The notes below the pieces were generated by a model that saw nothing but the letters and a program-made list of their open reading frames with translations, was not told the origin of the DNA and searched no databases. Positions 50,565 to 60,036 of a stretch of 64,000 nucleotides of DNA are shown one piece after another (positions within the stretch are counted from its first letter, which is position 1; each line of letters starts with the position of its first letter). Origin of the DNA: Patescibacteria group bacterium. GTDB taxonomy: Bacteria; Patescibacteriota; Microgenomatia; UBA1400; UBA1449. Both the position numbers and the translations under genes were made by a program. Location of the stretch: contig JBMNOG010000002.1 in NCBI GenBank assembly GCA_050942955.1, forward strand, positions 32,762-96,761, in the 5' to 3' direction.

Positions 50565-52016
50565 ATGAATAATTTCCTCAAGACATATTATGAAGTATAC
50601 AAGAAGGGAAATCTGTTCAATGCTAGTAAGCGACTAGTAAAAAATCCTTTTAAAGAAAAAGGTAGGAGAAGTAACTCTGTTGCTATTGCAGGCGGTGCCT
50701 TAGGAGACGAAGGTAAGGGCAGGATTACTGATGAGTTGACAGCAAGCTTCTTAAAGAAGTTTAATGAAGTTGTTCACTATAGAGATAATGGTGGTGCTAA
50801 TGCCGGCCACACTGTAGAAATTGGTGATGTAAGGATTGCCTTGCATCAACTTGGAGCCGGCGTTTTACAAAAAGGGTGCGTCGTTATTTTAGGCAGAGAA
50901 ATGGTTCTTCACCCTGAAGATTTGGTAACAGAAATTGAAGATGTAAAGAAAGCTCTTAATACTTCTAAGCTACCTTCAAGACTGCTTATTGATGAAATGG
51001 CATGCTTATCTTTAGATACTCATCGGGCATTTGAAGTAGCACTAAAGCAAAAATCTACCGGTAGCAAAGGGGCAACAGGTAGAGGAATTTCACCTGCATA
51101 TGCTGATGTAATTTTTAGACATGCGTTGCGAATGAGAGACTTAGTAGCTCAGGACTGGAAAAAAAGAGTTACTGCACATTACGAACTGTATCAAAGCTGG
51201 ATTGCCGGAATGGGGCTTACACTTTCAGACATTGAAGTGGCAAGACTTAGTGGTTCGCCAGTTAAGGTCGGTTCCGGCAAAGATATGCTTAAGAGACTGA
51301 CCAAGGCCCGAAAGATTTTAAAGCCGTTTGTAACTTCGGCACACAGTATTTTAGAAAACTACTGGAGAAGCAACACTCCAATGGTTTTTGAAAAAGCCCA
51401 AGCATTGGGACTGGATACTCGCTGGGGAATCTATCCGGATATTACTGCCTCAAACTGTGGTTTTGACGGAATCTTGTCTTCGACAGAAGGCATAGTTAAT
51501 CCTGATGAAATTGCAGTCAAAGCTGCAACTATAAAAGCAACGTATTCTTCAAGTGTCGGCAGCAGGGTTTTACCAACATTAATTAAAACAACATTAGCTG
51601 AAAGAATCCGAGAAGATGCTCATGAGTACGGAGCAACTACCAAAAGACCTAGGGATATCGCTTACATTGACCTGCCAATGTTGTCCTACTTATTTAAGGT
51701 AGGAAAAGTCGAATACCTCACCGTAACTCACCTTGATATCAGTTATAAAGATACGCCAATTAAAGTTTGCGTTGACTATACTCTCAATGGGAAAAGTGTA
51801 GGCTACCGGCCGGACCAGGAGTATTTAAACAAAGTAAAGCCGGTGTATGTTAAGCTCCCACCCTGGGACGGAACAAAACTGGCAAGCGTAAAAAACCTTA
51901 AAGACTTGCCTTACGAGGCTCTGAAGTATCTGACATTTATAAGTAAATGCCTTAACACTAAACTTTTCATGGTAACTGTAGGACCAAAAAGAGATCAGAC
52001 AATTAAGTGTTTCTAA
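50565..52016 (+). CDS. purA: Adenylosuccinate synthetase (divergent)
   Basis: GDEGKG, GGANAGHT, TGRGISPAYAD, EYGATTKRPR and VGPKRDQT. Confidence 0.9.
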   Translation: MNNFLKTYYEVYKKGNLFNASKRLVKNPFKEKGRRSNSVAIAGGALGDEGKGRITDELTASFLKKFNEVVHYRDNGGANAGHTVEIGDVRIALHQLGAGVLQKGCVVILGREMVLHPEDLVTEIEDVKKALNTSKLPSRLLIDEMACLSLDTHRAFEVALKQKSTGSKGATGRGISPAYADVIFRHALRMRDLVAQDWKKRVTAHYELYQSWIAGMGLTLSDIEVARLSGSPVKVGSGKDMLKRLTKARKILKPFVTSAHSILENYWRSNTPMVFEKAQALGLDTRWGIYPDITASNCGFDGILSSTEGIVNPDEIAVKAATIKATYSSSVGSRVLPTLIKTTLAERIREDAHEYGATTKRPRDIAYIDLPMLSYLFKVGKVEYLTVTHLDISYKDTPIKVCVDYTLNGKSVGYRPDQEYLNKVKPVYVKLPPWDGTKLASVKNLKDLPYEALKYLTFISKCLNTKLFMVTVGPKRDQTIKCF

Positions 52017-52059
52017 AAACTGAGTAGATTTGATTGAAGTTTGTGGGAGATTACTATAT

Positions 52060-52416
52060 TTAACAAAATTCGCCCATTTCTTCAACGTCCACTACAACTG
52101 CTCCTTTGAAAGAATAGCTTATGTTAGTTTCCAGCTTTTTACATAATAAAGTAAGACCCTCTCGTGTAGTAAGAAGCTTTTCTAGATATTTTTAAACCTA
52201 GACTATGGTCTTCTGTAAATACTTGAAGAAAAACACTATTGTTTTCTACTAGATTTTGCCGGGTAATCTGCATTTGATTATCAGTAATAATCAGTTTGCC
52301 GTCTTTTACATCGTTAAACTTAGCCAAAATAGTTCACGGCTTGCCACTGCTACTAGCTGTTGCTAAGACAACAATGCTTTCGGGTTTTAGAAGAGATACT
52401 GTAAGTTATTGTTCAT
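52060..52416 (-). pseudogene. Pyridoxamine 5'-phosphate oxidase-like FMN-binding protein, disrupted
   Basis: The joined frames read MNNNLQ/LLKPESIVVLATASSSGKP*TILAK...TRQNLVENNSV...YF/LCKKLE...KGAVVVDVEE; there are two frameshifts and one TGA. Confidence 0.7.
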
Positions 52417-52458
52417 TTGCTACCTACCATAGTATGTACTACTTGACTTTCTTCTATT

Positions 52459-53037
52459 TCATTTAGTTAGCACAAATCCCTTGCTTTGGCCGTAGCTCAA
52501 AAAGCCGTCAAAATCTAAAATCGTCTCTTTAATTTCAGAACCACTAAAGCCTATGCCACCAAGGTTGCACCCCGAAAGATCAGTTTTCGCCAGTTTGCAT
52601 TTCTCAAACACTACTCCTGAGAGGTCAGAACCTGCAAAACTCACATTGGTCAAATCACACAAAACAAATACAGCTCTTTCCAGGTTAGTTTTTTGAAATA
52701 CACATCCTTGTAAATTAAACTTTTTCCTCTCATATGAGCTGTCGGGTTTGAGCTGTTGAAATGTAGCGTAAGAGGCAACTGATTCGGAAAAGTCACACTC
52801 TTTAATAGTAGTATTGGAAAAATCAAGGTAACTTAATTTACTTTCAGGAAATGAGCATTTTGAAAAATTCGTATCTCTTAAAATTGCGCCACTAAAGTCA
52901 CACAACCTAAACTCGCACCTCACAAAAGAACTGAATTTCAAGATAACACCATTAAATTGGCAATTTGCAAACGAAGAATCTGTAAAGTCCTTTCCTTTTA
53001 ATTCATTTTCAGAGAAAATTTTATTTTTGAAATTCAT
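52459..53037 (-). CDS. Pentapeptide repeat protein
   Basis: Tandem xxF/Lxx pentapeptides (CDFSG AILRD TNFSK ...). Confidence 0.85.
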   Translation of the reverse strand: MNFKNKIFSENELKGKDFTDSSFANCQFNGVILKFSSFVRCEFRLCDFSGAILRDTNFSKCSFPESKLSYLDFSNTTIKECDFSESVASYATFQQLKPDSSYERKKFNLQGCVFQKTNLERAVFVLCDLTNVSFAGSDLSGVVFEKCKLAKTDLSGCNLGGIGFSGSEIKETILDFDGFLSYGQSKGFVLTK

Positions 53038-53130
53038 ATAAACAGCGATACATAGATCTATTCTCACCAATCATTGCAACAGTATAACAAAAAAAGGTAA
53101 ACATTGTTTTCCAACATTAACCTACAGTTG

Positions 53131-53809
53131 TCAAGGTTTTTGAGGAAATATTGCTTTATTCTCGAGCATGGCACCATAAAGGAAAAAGGAAACCCCTATC
53201 ATCTCAAATCCTTCTTCAAAACCCACAAATCAGATATAGATATCCTGACCATATGTTCTTCCTCCAAGTAATTCAAGTACAAACACAAGGCAAAACGAGA
53301 AAATGCCAAAAATTTTTATTTTCTGTGTAAATGTATCCTGCTGCAAAGCAATATTAACTAGCAATAGAAGGAGTACGATAATTACCAATACAGCCAGTGA
53401 AAAAATCCAGGAAACATACGCCAAGTCTCCAATTACGTTACCTTCACCAAGATACAGTTTTATCAAAGTATTTAAGTATTCATGAATTTCAAAGTACTCG
53501 TCAAACGCAAGAAATATAAAAAACAAACCGTAAACCAAAGTTGAAATGCATCTTAATTTAGTTAAGGGATTTTGAGAAATATAAAGCAGTGTAAGAAAAC
53601 CAACCAGAAAAGCAGAAGTAGAAGTAAAGAATGATGCCAAAGTGTGTTTTTCATCCATATAAAAAAATACTGGTATCCATTCCCAAAACACGTAAAGGGT
53701 GTAAACGGAAGTGAAGTAGGATAATGACTATTGCAGTTAGAAAAAATAAACTAAAAACTTTTGAAACAGGGGAACGGAAAGAGTTCGGTTTTGAAACTAA
53801 TGTATACAT
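53131..53809 (-). pseudogene. Multi-pass membrane protein (DE..xHE / EExxEMxG family) with a frameshift and an internal TGA
   Basis: Frameshift in the T7 run (53661-53667); in-frame TGA at 53230-53232 is followed by FVGFEEGFEMIGVSFFL. Confidence 0.65.
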
Positions 53810-53912
53810 GCCATTGTAAGAACATACATGTAATACTTCTAATTGAATTAAATAGTAAAATCAAACTTAAAACAATACAAGTCAGGCTTATCTAAACTGG
53901 TATGCCTTAAAG

Positions 53913-54470
53913 CTACTGCACTAACCCCACTCTCATAAAGAAACCTTGTGGTTTAAGACAAGCAGGACATACTTTAGGAGCATCTTTACTTCTATGAACG
54001 TAGCCACAGTGAAGACACTTCCACTCAACTTCTTCGTCAGCTTGATACAGTTTCTCCGTTTTTAGTAACTCAGCTAACTTCATATACCGTTTTTCATGTT
54101 CTACTTCAACCGCTGCAATTTCTTTAAACGCGATAGCGGCAGCTGTCTGATTTTCTTCCTTGGCAACAGCTTCAAACTCAGGATACATGCTTTCCCACTC
54201 ATAATGTTCACCCTCAGCCGCAGCTTTAAGGTTTTCTACTGTCGAACCAACTGCATGAATATTGTACGTGTTCGTCATTTCTACTTTACTTTGCATCAAG
54301 GCAAATTCACGCAGAGCATGGGACGTCTCATTTTCCGCTGTTTCCTCAAAGATTCGAGCAATCCACTCCCAGCCTTCTTCCCGGGCTTTTTTTGCAAATG
54401 CGATATACTTGCTTCTGGCCATAGATTCACCGGCAAATGCCTTAAGTAAATTCGATTGAGTTTTGTTCAT
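53913..54470 (-). CDS. rbr: Rubrerythrin
   Basis: AFAGES.A, E..H pairs and WKCLHCGY...CPAC; SD GAAAGGA. Confidence 0.93.
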   Translation of the reverse strand: MNKTQSNLLKAFAGESMARSKYIAFAKKAREEGWEWIARIFEETAENETSHALREFALMQSKVEMTNTYNIHAVGSTVENLKAAAEGEHYEWESMYPEFEAVAKEENQTAAAIAFKEIAAVEVEHEKRYMKLAELLKTEKLYQADEEVEWKCLHCGYVHRSKDAPKVCPACLKPQGFFMRVGLVQ

Positions 54471-54587
54471 ATATTTCCTTTCATAACTATAATTGGCGTG
54501 TTTATTTGTAGCATGCGCAAGTATTTCATTCAAGTTATCTCCTAGACATTTGAAAAAGTCAGGCTGTATACAGTAGAATGGGAAACT

Positions 54588-55139
54588 ATGAACCATAGTT
54601 TGCTTGATGGTATTTTTACCCGCCACAGCGTACGCCACTTTACCAGCGAACCTATTCCGGACAAAGATCTTGAGAGAATTGTTAAAGCCGGAATGGCAGC
54701 TCCTTCTGCTGTAAATCTCCAGCCTTGGTCATTTATTGTCGTTACAAAGAGGAGTGTTCTGAATATCTTAGCTCAGAAACTTCCCTATGCTAGGATGTTA
54801 GAAAAGGCTGCTGCAGCTATCATTGTCTGCGGCAAACCGGATAAAGTAAGTCCATTAAGTTTAGTTACTAAGGCAATTGCTAATGTCTCGGCTCGAGACT
54901 ACTGGGTACAGGACTGCTGTGCTGCTTCGCAAAATATTTTACTAGCTGCTCACGCAATGGGCTACGGAGCTGTTTGGACGGCAGTTTTTCCCGGAAAAGA
55001 GAGGATTAAAGCTGTCCGGGAAACTCTAAATATTCAAGAGAAGTTAATCCCCTTAAACGTCATTCCTGTCGGAGTTCCGGTGGGTGATGAAAAACCCAAA
55101 GATAAGTTTAAGAAGGAAAATATCCGCTGGATAAAGTGA
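54588..55139 (+). CDS. Nitroreductase family protein
   Basis: RHSVR, APSAVNLQPW and QNILLAAHAMGYGAVW. Confidence 0.92.
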   Translation: MNHSLLDGIFTRHSVRHFTSEPIPDKDLERIVKAGMAAPSAVNLQPWSFIVVTKRSVLNILAQKLPYARMLEKAAAAIIVCGKPDKVSPLSLVTKAIANVSARDYWVQDCCAASQNILLAAHAMGYGAVWTAVFPGKERIKAVRETLNIQEKLIPLNVIPVGVPVGDEKPKDKFKKENIRWIK

Positions 55140-55179
55140 GAAAATTAGGAAAGTACAATAAGTATAGGAAATTTAAATA

Positions 55180-55953
55180 CTACCTAAGCGGTTTCCACCC
55201 CTCGTAAGCATAGTACTCACCATATTTTTCAATACAAACAAAGGGCGTATCTTCCCGCATATTCCTAGCGTGGCCAGAAGAAGCAATCCACATTGGAACT
55301 ACCTGGCGGTAGTCGCTGTGCCGAGCAATATTTTCCGTCACAATTACATAATTAGGGTAGGGTAAAGTGCTAGCATCAATCCGCTGGGAAAAACCATTAT
55401 GGTTAAAGGTAGCTGAAATCTCCTGGGCTCTAACTTTGGCAAACTCACAAGTATATGAATCCCTAGAAATTTCAGAAAGTCCCTGAGAACGGCAATACTC
55501 ATTAACTGCGTTTATTAGGTACGTTTGAATATCATCATCCTCTATAGGTTCTGAGGTAGAAGAAGGTGTTGGCGTAGGAGTAGGCAATTTAGTTGGTTCG
55601 GGAGTAACTGTAGGAGTAGGCAGTGGCAAAGCAGTTGGATCGGCTATAGGTCGGAGCGTTGGGGTAAGAGTAGGAACTGGACAGGGCGTAGAAATGGGAG
55701 TCGGTGTAGGGGTCTCAGTCGGAAGAGAAGTAGGATGAGGAACATTAGTTGGCCAAGGACGGTATTCAAAACGGGAGAAATTGGCTGACTTTGGTGTTGA
55801 CCGAGGGACTGAATATGTTCTTAGCTTTTCAACTAAGCTACGATAACTTTTAAGTAGTGCTGTGTAATCCCATGCATGTACATTTTGTGGAAATCCAATG
55901 GAAGTAAGGGTCAATAGAATCAGGGTTGGGAGAAGGGCAGTTAAACGTTTCAT
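55180..55953 (-). CDS. Secreted CAP (SCP) domain protein with PT-rich linker
   Basis: Signal peptide, PT repeats, VNEY, ENIA and WIASSGHARNM. Confidence 0.85.
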   Translation of the reverse strand: MKRLTALLPTLILLTLTSIGFPQNVHAWDYTALLKSYRSLVEKLRTYSVPRSTPKSANFSRFEYRPWPTNVPHPTSLPTETPTPTPISTPCPVPTLTPTLRPIADPTALPLPTPTVTPEPTKLPTPTPTPSSTSEPIEDDDIQTYLINAVNEYCRSQGLSEISRDSYTCEFAKVRAQEISATFNHNGFSQRIDASTLPYPNYVIVTENIARHSDYRQVVPMWIASSGHARNMREDTPFVCIEKYGEYYAYEGWKPLR

Positions 55954-56068
55954 AGAATCGCTAATGTAGCTTCTTCTCCTCCTTTTTGTCAAGCAGAGGA
56001 AGTTCCTGGTACTGCAGTCTTTACTGGATATTTTACCTGAAAAAACTAGTTGAAGAATTTTTAGCTGC

Positions 56069-56977
56069 TTATATCTCTATGCCAAAAACGTTTCTGACCA
56101 AAAACCCAATTAGAAATGAAAAGGCTGAAACCCCAAGGCTTATCCCCGCCATCTCTAAAAATCGCCTGCGGAACGGCAAATCCTGAGCTACGGAAATATA
56201 AAAGGTAAAGAGGAAAATAATGAGAATCGCAACAGAAAGCATGCTTCCCAGCGCCACATAGACATTAGAAAAAATAAAGTAGGGAAGTACTAAAAACAAG
56301 ACAGTAAAAATGTACATACCACCCGTATACAACGAAGCTTTAACAGGATCCTTACTTTCATCTTCTGATTTTGTAGAAAGATACTCGGAAGCACCCATGG
56401 AAAACGAGGCTGCTATCCCAGTAATAAGCCCGGTAACAGCAATAAGGTTACCTCTTTGAAAAGCAAGCGTAAGACCTGCTAGTGCCCCTGTAAGTTCGAC
56501 TAATGCATCATTAACTCCCAAAACCATAGAGCCCACATACTTGAGGTTTTCTTCATCAATCATGCCCAACAGGTTCTTTTCATGCTCTTCTTCTTCCTTT
56601 CTAATCTTTTCAGCTTCTGGAATTTTATCCTCAACTCTCTTGTACTGCTGCTGTGCTGATTCTTCATTCTGTTCTAAAAGCTTTACTCCAAATGTCAAAC
56701 CAAAAATTCTAGAAACTAAAGTATAAAAATAAGCCCTGAAACGGTTTGGCTGAACATCTTCCTCAGTGTACTTTTTCCAGACTTCTGCATGCTTTTTCTC
56801 TTCAGAAGCAATTTTTCGCAGGACTTCAGAATTTTTCTTATCCTTAATTTGTTCTGAAAGTTTCAGGTAAACTAAGTGTTCAGTAATCTCGTTCTGCTGA
56901 GCAATCCGTAACCGTCTTCTGAGGCTTCTATGGAGTTTTATGTGCTGGTGTCGTCGCCTTCTCTCTCTTCTTGGCAT
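56069..56977 (-). CDS. Rubrerythrin-like domain plus VIT1/CCC1 transporter (MbfA-like)
   Basis: EITE, EEKKH, EEEEHE and GVNDALVELTG...SMGASEYLS. Confidence 0.88.
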   Translation of the reverse strand: MPRRERRRRHQHIKLHRSLRRRLRIAQQNEITEHLVYLKLSEQIKDKKNSEVLRKIASEEKKHAEVWKKYTEEDVQPNRFRAYFYTLVSRIFGLTFGVKLLEQNEESAQQQYKRVEDKIPEAEKIRKEEEEHEKNLLGMIDEENLKYVGSMVLGVNDALVELTGALAGLTLAFQRGNLIAVTGLITGIAASFSMGASEYLSTKSEDESKDPVKASLYTGGMYIFTVLFLVLPYFIFSNVYVALGSMLSVAILIIFLFTFYISVAQDLPFRRRFLEMAGISLGVSAFSFLIGFLVRNVFGIEI

Positions 56978-57055
56978 ATTTTTATTCTAGCACTCTTGAA
57001 AAACAGTAAAAAGCAGATTGAGAAATAAATCCTGAGAATATCATTCTGACTAGGT

Positions 57056-58168
57056 TTAACTAAGCTTTCTGCTTATAGTATCCACAAGCTCAGTAATTCC
57101 TTGACCAGTAACTGTGGAGGTAAACTGAGGATTAAAAAGGTAGTAATTTTCCAAAGCTATATCTCGCACTCTATTTTTAGCCTTGTCTACCTTTGTAAAT
57201 ACGTAAAGCTTAGGTTTATCCTCAAGACCTAAGTCTTTTAAATTTTCCTCAACAGTAGCTATTTTTTCCTCCATGTTTGCATCAGCTATGTCAATAACAT
57301 GAAGCAGAAGATCGCAATAAATCGACTCCATTAAAGTAGATTTAAATGCATCTATAAGTTGGGGTGGTAAGTTTCTAATAAAACCAATAGTGTCGGAAAC
57401 GAGTATTTCTCTGCTAGCATTCTCAAGACAGATTTTTCCAACATTACTATCCAGGGTTGCGAACAAAGCATTCTTGACTAGTTTTCTTTTGCCAGTTAGG
57501 GTGTTAAAAAGCGAAGTTTTACCAGCATTTGTATAACCAACTAAAGAAACTGTTGGAAGCCCAATCTTTCTGCGCCTATCTACTAGTTTTTTCCGATTTT
57601 TTGTCAATTTCTCAAGTTTATCTTTAATAATCTTCATCTGTTTTTTGAGGTGCCTTTTCATTATTTCTGTATTAGTTTCTCCTATACCTCTTGTCCCTAA
57701 ACCGCCTCCCTGTCGCGAGAGTTCGTATCCCATTCCGTAGATTCTGGGCCCCATGTGTCTCATAGCGGCTAGTTCAATCTGGAGTCTTGCTTCGGCCGTG
57801 TTAGCGTGTTTGGCAAAAATTTTTAGGATAAGGTCAACTCTATCCCATACCTGAATATCCGCTTTTTGTTTTTCAAAAATAGTATATAAATCATATATTT
57901 GGGTAGGCTTTAAGATAGCGTTAAAAACGATAGCATCAATGTTTTCCTCCTTAATCAACTGAGAAACTTCTTCAATCTTACCTTTACCAATGTAGTTTCC
58001 TTTGTCGTGAACTTCACGCCGCTGAACAATGGTTTTAACAACTTCACCTTCATAAGTCTCAACCAGAGAAATCAGTTCATCCAAATCACTTTGCACCTCT
58101 TGTTTCGTTACTTTCTGAGGAATAATGCTTATCAATAAAAATCGTTTTTCATGATCAGTTTGATTCAT
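57056..58168 (-). CDS. hflX: GTPase HflX
   Basis: RGIGET, VGYTNAGKTS, LFATLD and SDTIGFI. Confidence 0.95.
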   Translation of the reverse strand: MNQTDHEKRFLLISIIPQKVTKQEVQSDLDELISLVETYEGEVVKTIVQRREVHDKGNYIGKGKIEEVSQLIKEENIDAIVFNAILKPTQIYDLYTIFEKQKADIQVWDRVDLILKIFAKHANTAEARLQIELAAMRHMGPRIYGMGYELSRQGGGLGTRGIGETNTEIMKRHLKKQMKIIKDKLEKLTKNRKKLVDRRRKIGLPTVSLVGYTNAGKTSLFNTLTGKRKLVKNALFATLDSNVGKICLENASREILVSDTIGFIRNLPPQLIDAFKSTLMESIYCDLLLHVIDIADANMEEKIATVEENLKDLGLEDKPKLYVFTKVDKAKNRVRDIALENYYLFNPQFTSTVTGQGITELVDTISRKLS

Positions 58169-58290
58169 ACCACTCATTATACAAGGAAGATAAAGTAATA
58201 TTTTAGATGAACAAAAATTTTCGCCTTAGCATAAAGAGGTGCTACTGTCTTGATTCTTCTTTTGTATATACGTTACACTTTCCTAAACCC

Positions 58291-58656
58291 ATGCACGAAC
58301 TGCCAATTACTCAAGCTTTACTCAAAAAAGTATTGGAGGTTGCCGAAGAAAACAAGTTGATCCGGGTAACCAAAGTTAATGTTATTCTTGGCAGACTTTC
58401 TGGATTTGTTGATGATTCTATTGATTTATACTGGAATATCCTAACTGAACATACGATTGCTGCAGGCTCAAAAGTAATGATTAAGCGAACACCAAATAAA
58501 ATAAAGTGCTTGAAATGTGGTTATCAAAAGCTAACTACTCTAAGATTAGATACTTGCCCCAAATGTAGTAGTTTTAAGCTGGTAATCGTGGGGGGCGATG
58601 AACTTGTGTTAAAAAATATTGAAGGAGAAAATGACAAAAACAATCAAAGTAAATGA
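58291..58656 (+). CDS. hypA: Hydrogenase maturation nickel chaperone HypA
   Basis: MHE start, GRLSG, CLKC...CPKC and GDEL. Confidence 0.92.
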   Translation: MHELPITQALLKKVLEVAEENKLIRVTKVNVILGRLSGFVDDSIDLYWNILTEHTIAAGSKVMIKRTPNKIKCLKCGYQKLTTLRLDTCPKCSSFKLVIVGGDELVLKNIEGENDKNNQSK

Positions 58657-59305
58657 AAACATTCTTTCGGAAAACGACAAACTTGCCCTAAAAATACGAA
58701 AAAAACTAAATGAAAACAATATTTTTTCTATAAATGTAATGGCTTCTCCAGGGGCAGGGAAGACTAGTTTAATTAATCAAACAATTGAGAACTTGAAAAG
58801 AAAGCACCGGGTTGCGGTTATAGATGGGGATGTTGTTGATGTGGATTTAAAGAAAATGGCACACCACGGAGTTCCGACTGTTTTAGCAAATACTGGCGGA
58901 GCTTGCCATATGGACGCTGTTATGATGGAAAAGGCCATTGCTTCCCTTCCTCTTTCTGAAATAGATCTACTTATCGTTGAAAATGTCGGTAACCTTATTT
59001 GTCCTGCCAGTTTTGACTTAGGTACCCATAAGAGTGTAGTTATTGCCAGTGTTCCTGAGGGAGATGATAAACCATATAAATATCCGGCAATGTTTAAAGG
59101 TGCAGATATACTTATACTTAACAAAGCTGACTACCTGAAACATGAAAATTTCGATATTGAGTATTTCCTAAACGGAGTTAAACAACTTAATGACAAACTG
59201 GAGTTCTTCATGCTTTCCTGTAAAACCTTGAAAGGAATAGACCAATGGTTGAATTGGGTAGAGAAGCATCTACTGCAAGAGTTCAAACCGAACCGGAACT
59301 CTTAA
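58631..59305 (+). CDS. hypB: Hydrogenase nickel incorporation GTPase HypB
   Basis: SPGAGKT, GGACH, ENVGNLICPA and EGDDKPYKYP. Confidence 0.94.
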   Translation: MTKTIKVNENILSENDKLALKIRKKLNENNIFSINVMASPGAGKTSLINQTIENLKRKHRVAVIDGDVVDVDLKKMAHHGVPTVLANTGGACHMDAVMMEKAIASLPLSEIDLLIVENVGNLICPASFDLGTHKSVVIASVPEGDDKPYKYPAMFKGADILILNKADYLKHENFDIEYFLNGVKQLNDKLEFFMLSCKTLKGIDQWLNWVEKHLLQEFKPNRNS

Positions 59306-59845
59306 CTCTTCTTCATTTTCCGGTAACCCTGAAGGATTTGCTTTTTCAAGAACTAAGGTCCCTTCTTCAGCTTCTGACTCCTGAAACGTGATCGTCGCTT
59401 CATAGGGAACAAAGCCTTCTGTCATCCAATCATCTTGAGCTTGAGCAATCCCTTCGGCTATTAGTTTGCCTTCTGTATTTTCCAATCTAACAGGAAATTG
59501 GGCTTCAAAATACCAAGTTCCACGAGCTTCTCCTGAAATTTCTAACGGGCTTTCGACTACTTCATTCGGTCTCGGCATATCAATCCGGATTGTGTCTTCT
59601 TTCTCTAAGGTGTTTCCAATATCTTCTGTAAACGTCTGACCGTTTACTCTGCACTGTCTTGGAAAAGATTCCATTACCGGATTCCCTGCTTCAACACACT
59701 CTTCAAATGAAGTGATTTCCTGGGTAGGAGTTTGGGTTGGAGTAGGAAAAGGGGAGGGCATAGTCTGACTACTGGTAAAAAGAAATAAACTTACCACTGC
59801 TATCGCAGCAAAAATAACGATGAGTATAAAGATACTTTTGTTCAT
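59270..59845 (-). CDS. Gmad2 immunoglobulin-like domain protein, membrane anchored
   Basis: SFEECVEAGNPVMESFPRQC, GEARGTWYFEA and NPSGLPEN. Confidence 0.85.
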   Translation of the reverse strand: MNKSIFILIVIFAAIAVVSLFLFTSSQTMPSPFPTPTQTPTQEITSFEECVEAGNPVMESFPRQCRVNGQTFTEDIGNTLEKEDTIRIDMPRPNEVVESPLEISGEARGTWYFEAQFPVRLENTEGKLIAEGIAQAQDDWMTEGFVPYEATITFQESEAEEGTLVLEKANPSGLPENEEELRVPVRFELLQ

Positions 59846-59938
59846 ATCATAATTATTGTAACACCTGCTATTAGTTGTTTTTAAAACTCTTACACTCTTC
59901 AAAACAAACTTTTACACTAATAACAGTTTACCATTATA

Positions 59939-60014
59939 TTTACAATTAACTTGACAATTAGTACTTGACAAACTTGACATATATGTTTACAATTAACTTT
60001 ACAATTATTTGACA
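59939..60014 (+). repeat. Array of seven TT(G/T)ACA direct repeats upstream of the fic gene
   Basis: Starts at 59939, 59951, 59965, 59974, 59986, 59998 and 60009. Confidence 0.8.
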
Positions 60015-60036
60015 TAAGTTCCACTAAGTGAATTGT

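Noticed and set aside
55560-55760. Low-complexity GGAGTAGG-like repeats (also 34395-34510)
   Set aside because: These encode Pro/Thr linkers in surface proteins.
59939-60014. CRISPR array or DnaA-box origin
   Set aside because: The units are 9-14 bp with no spacers and do not match TTATCCACA.
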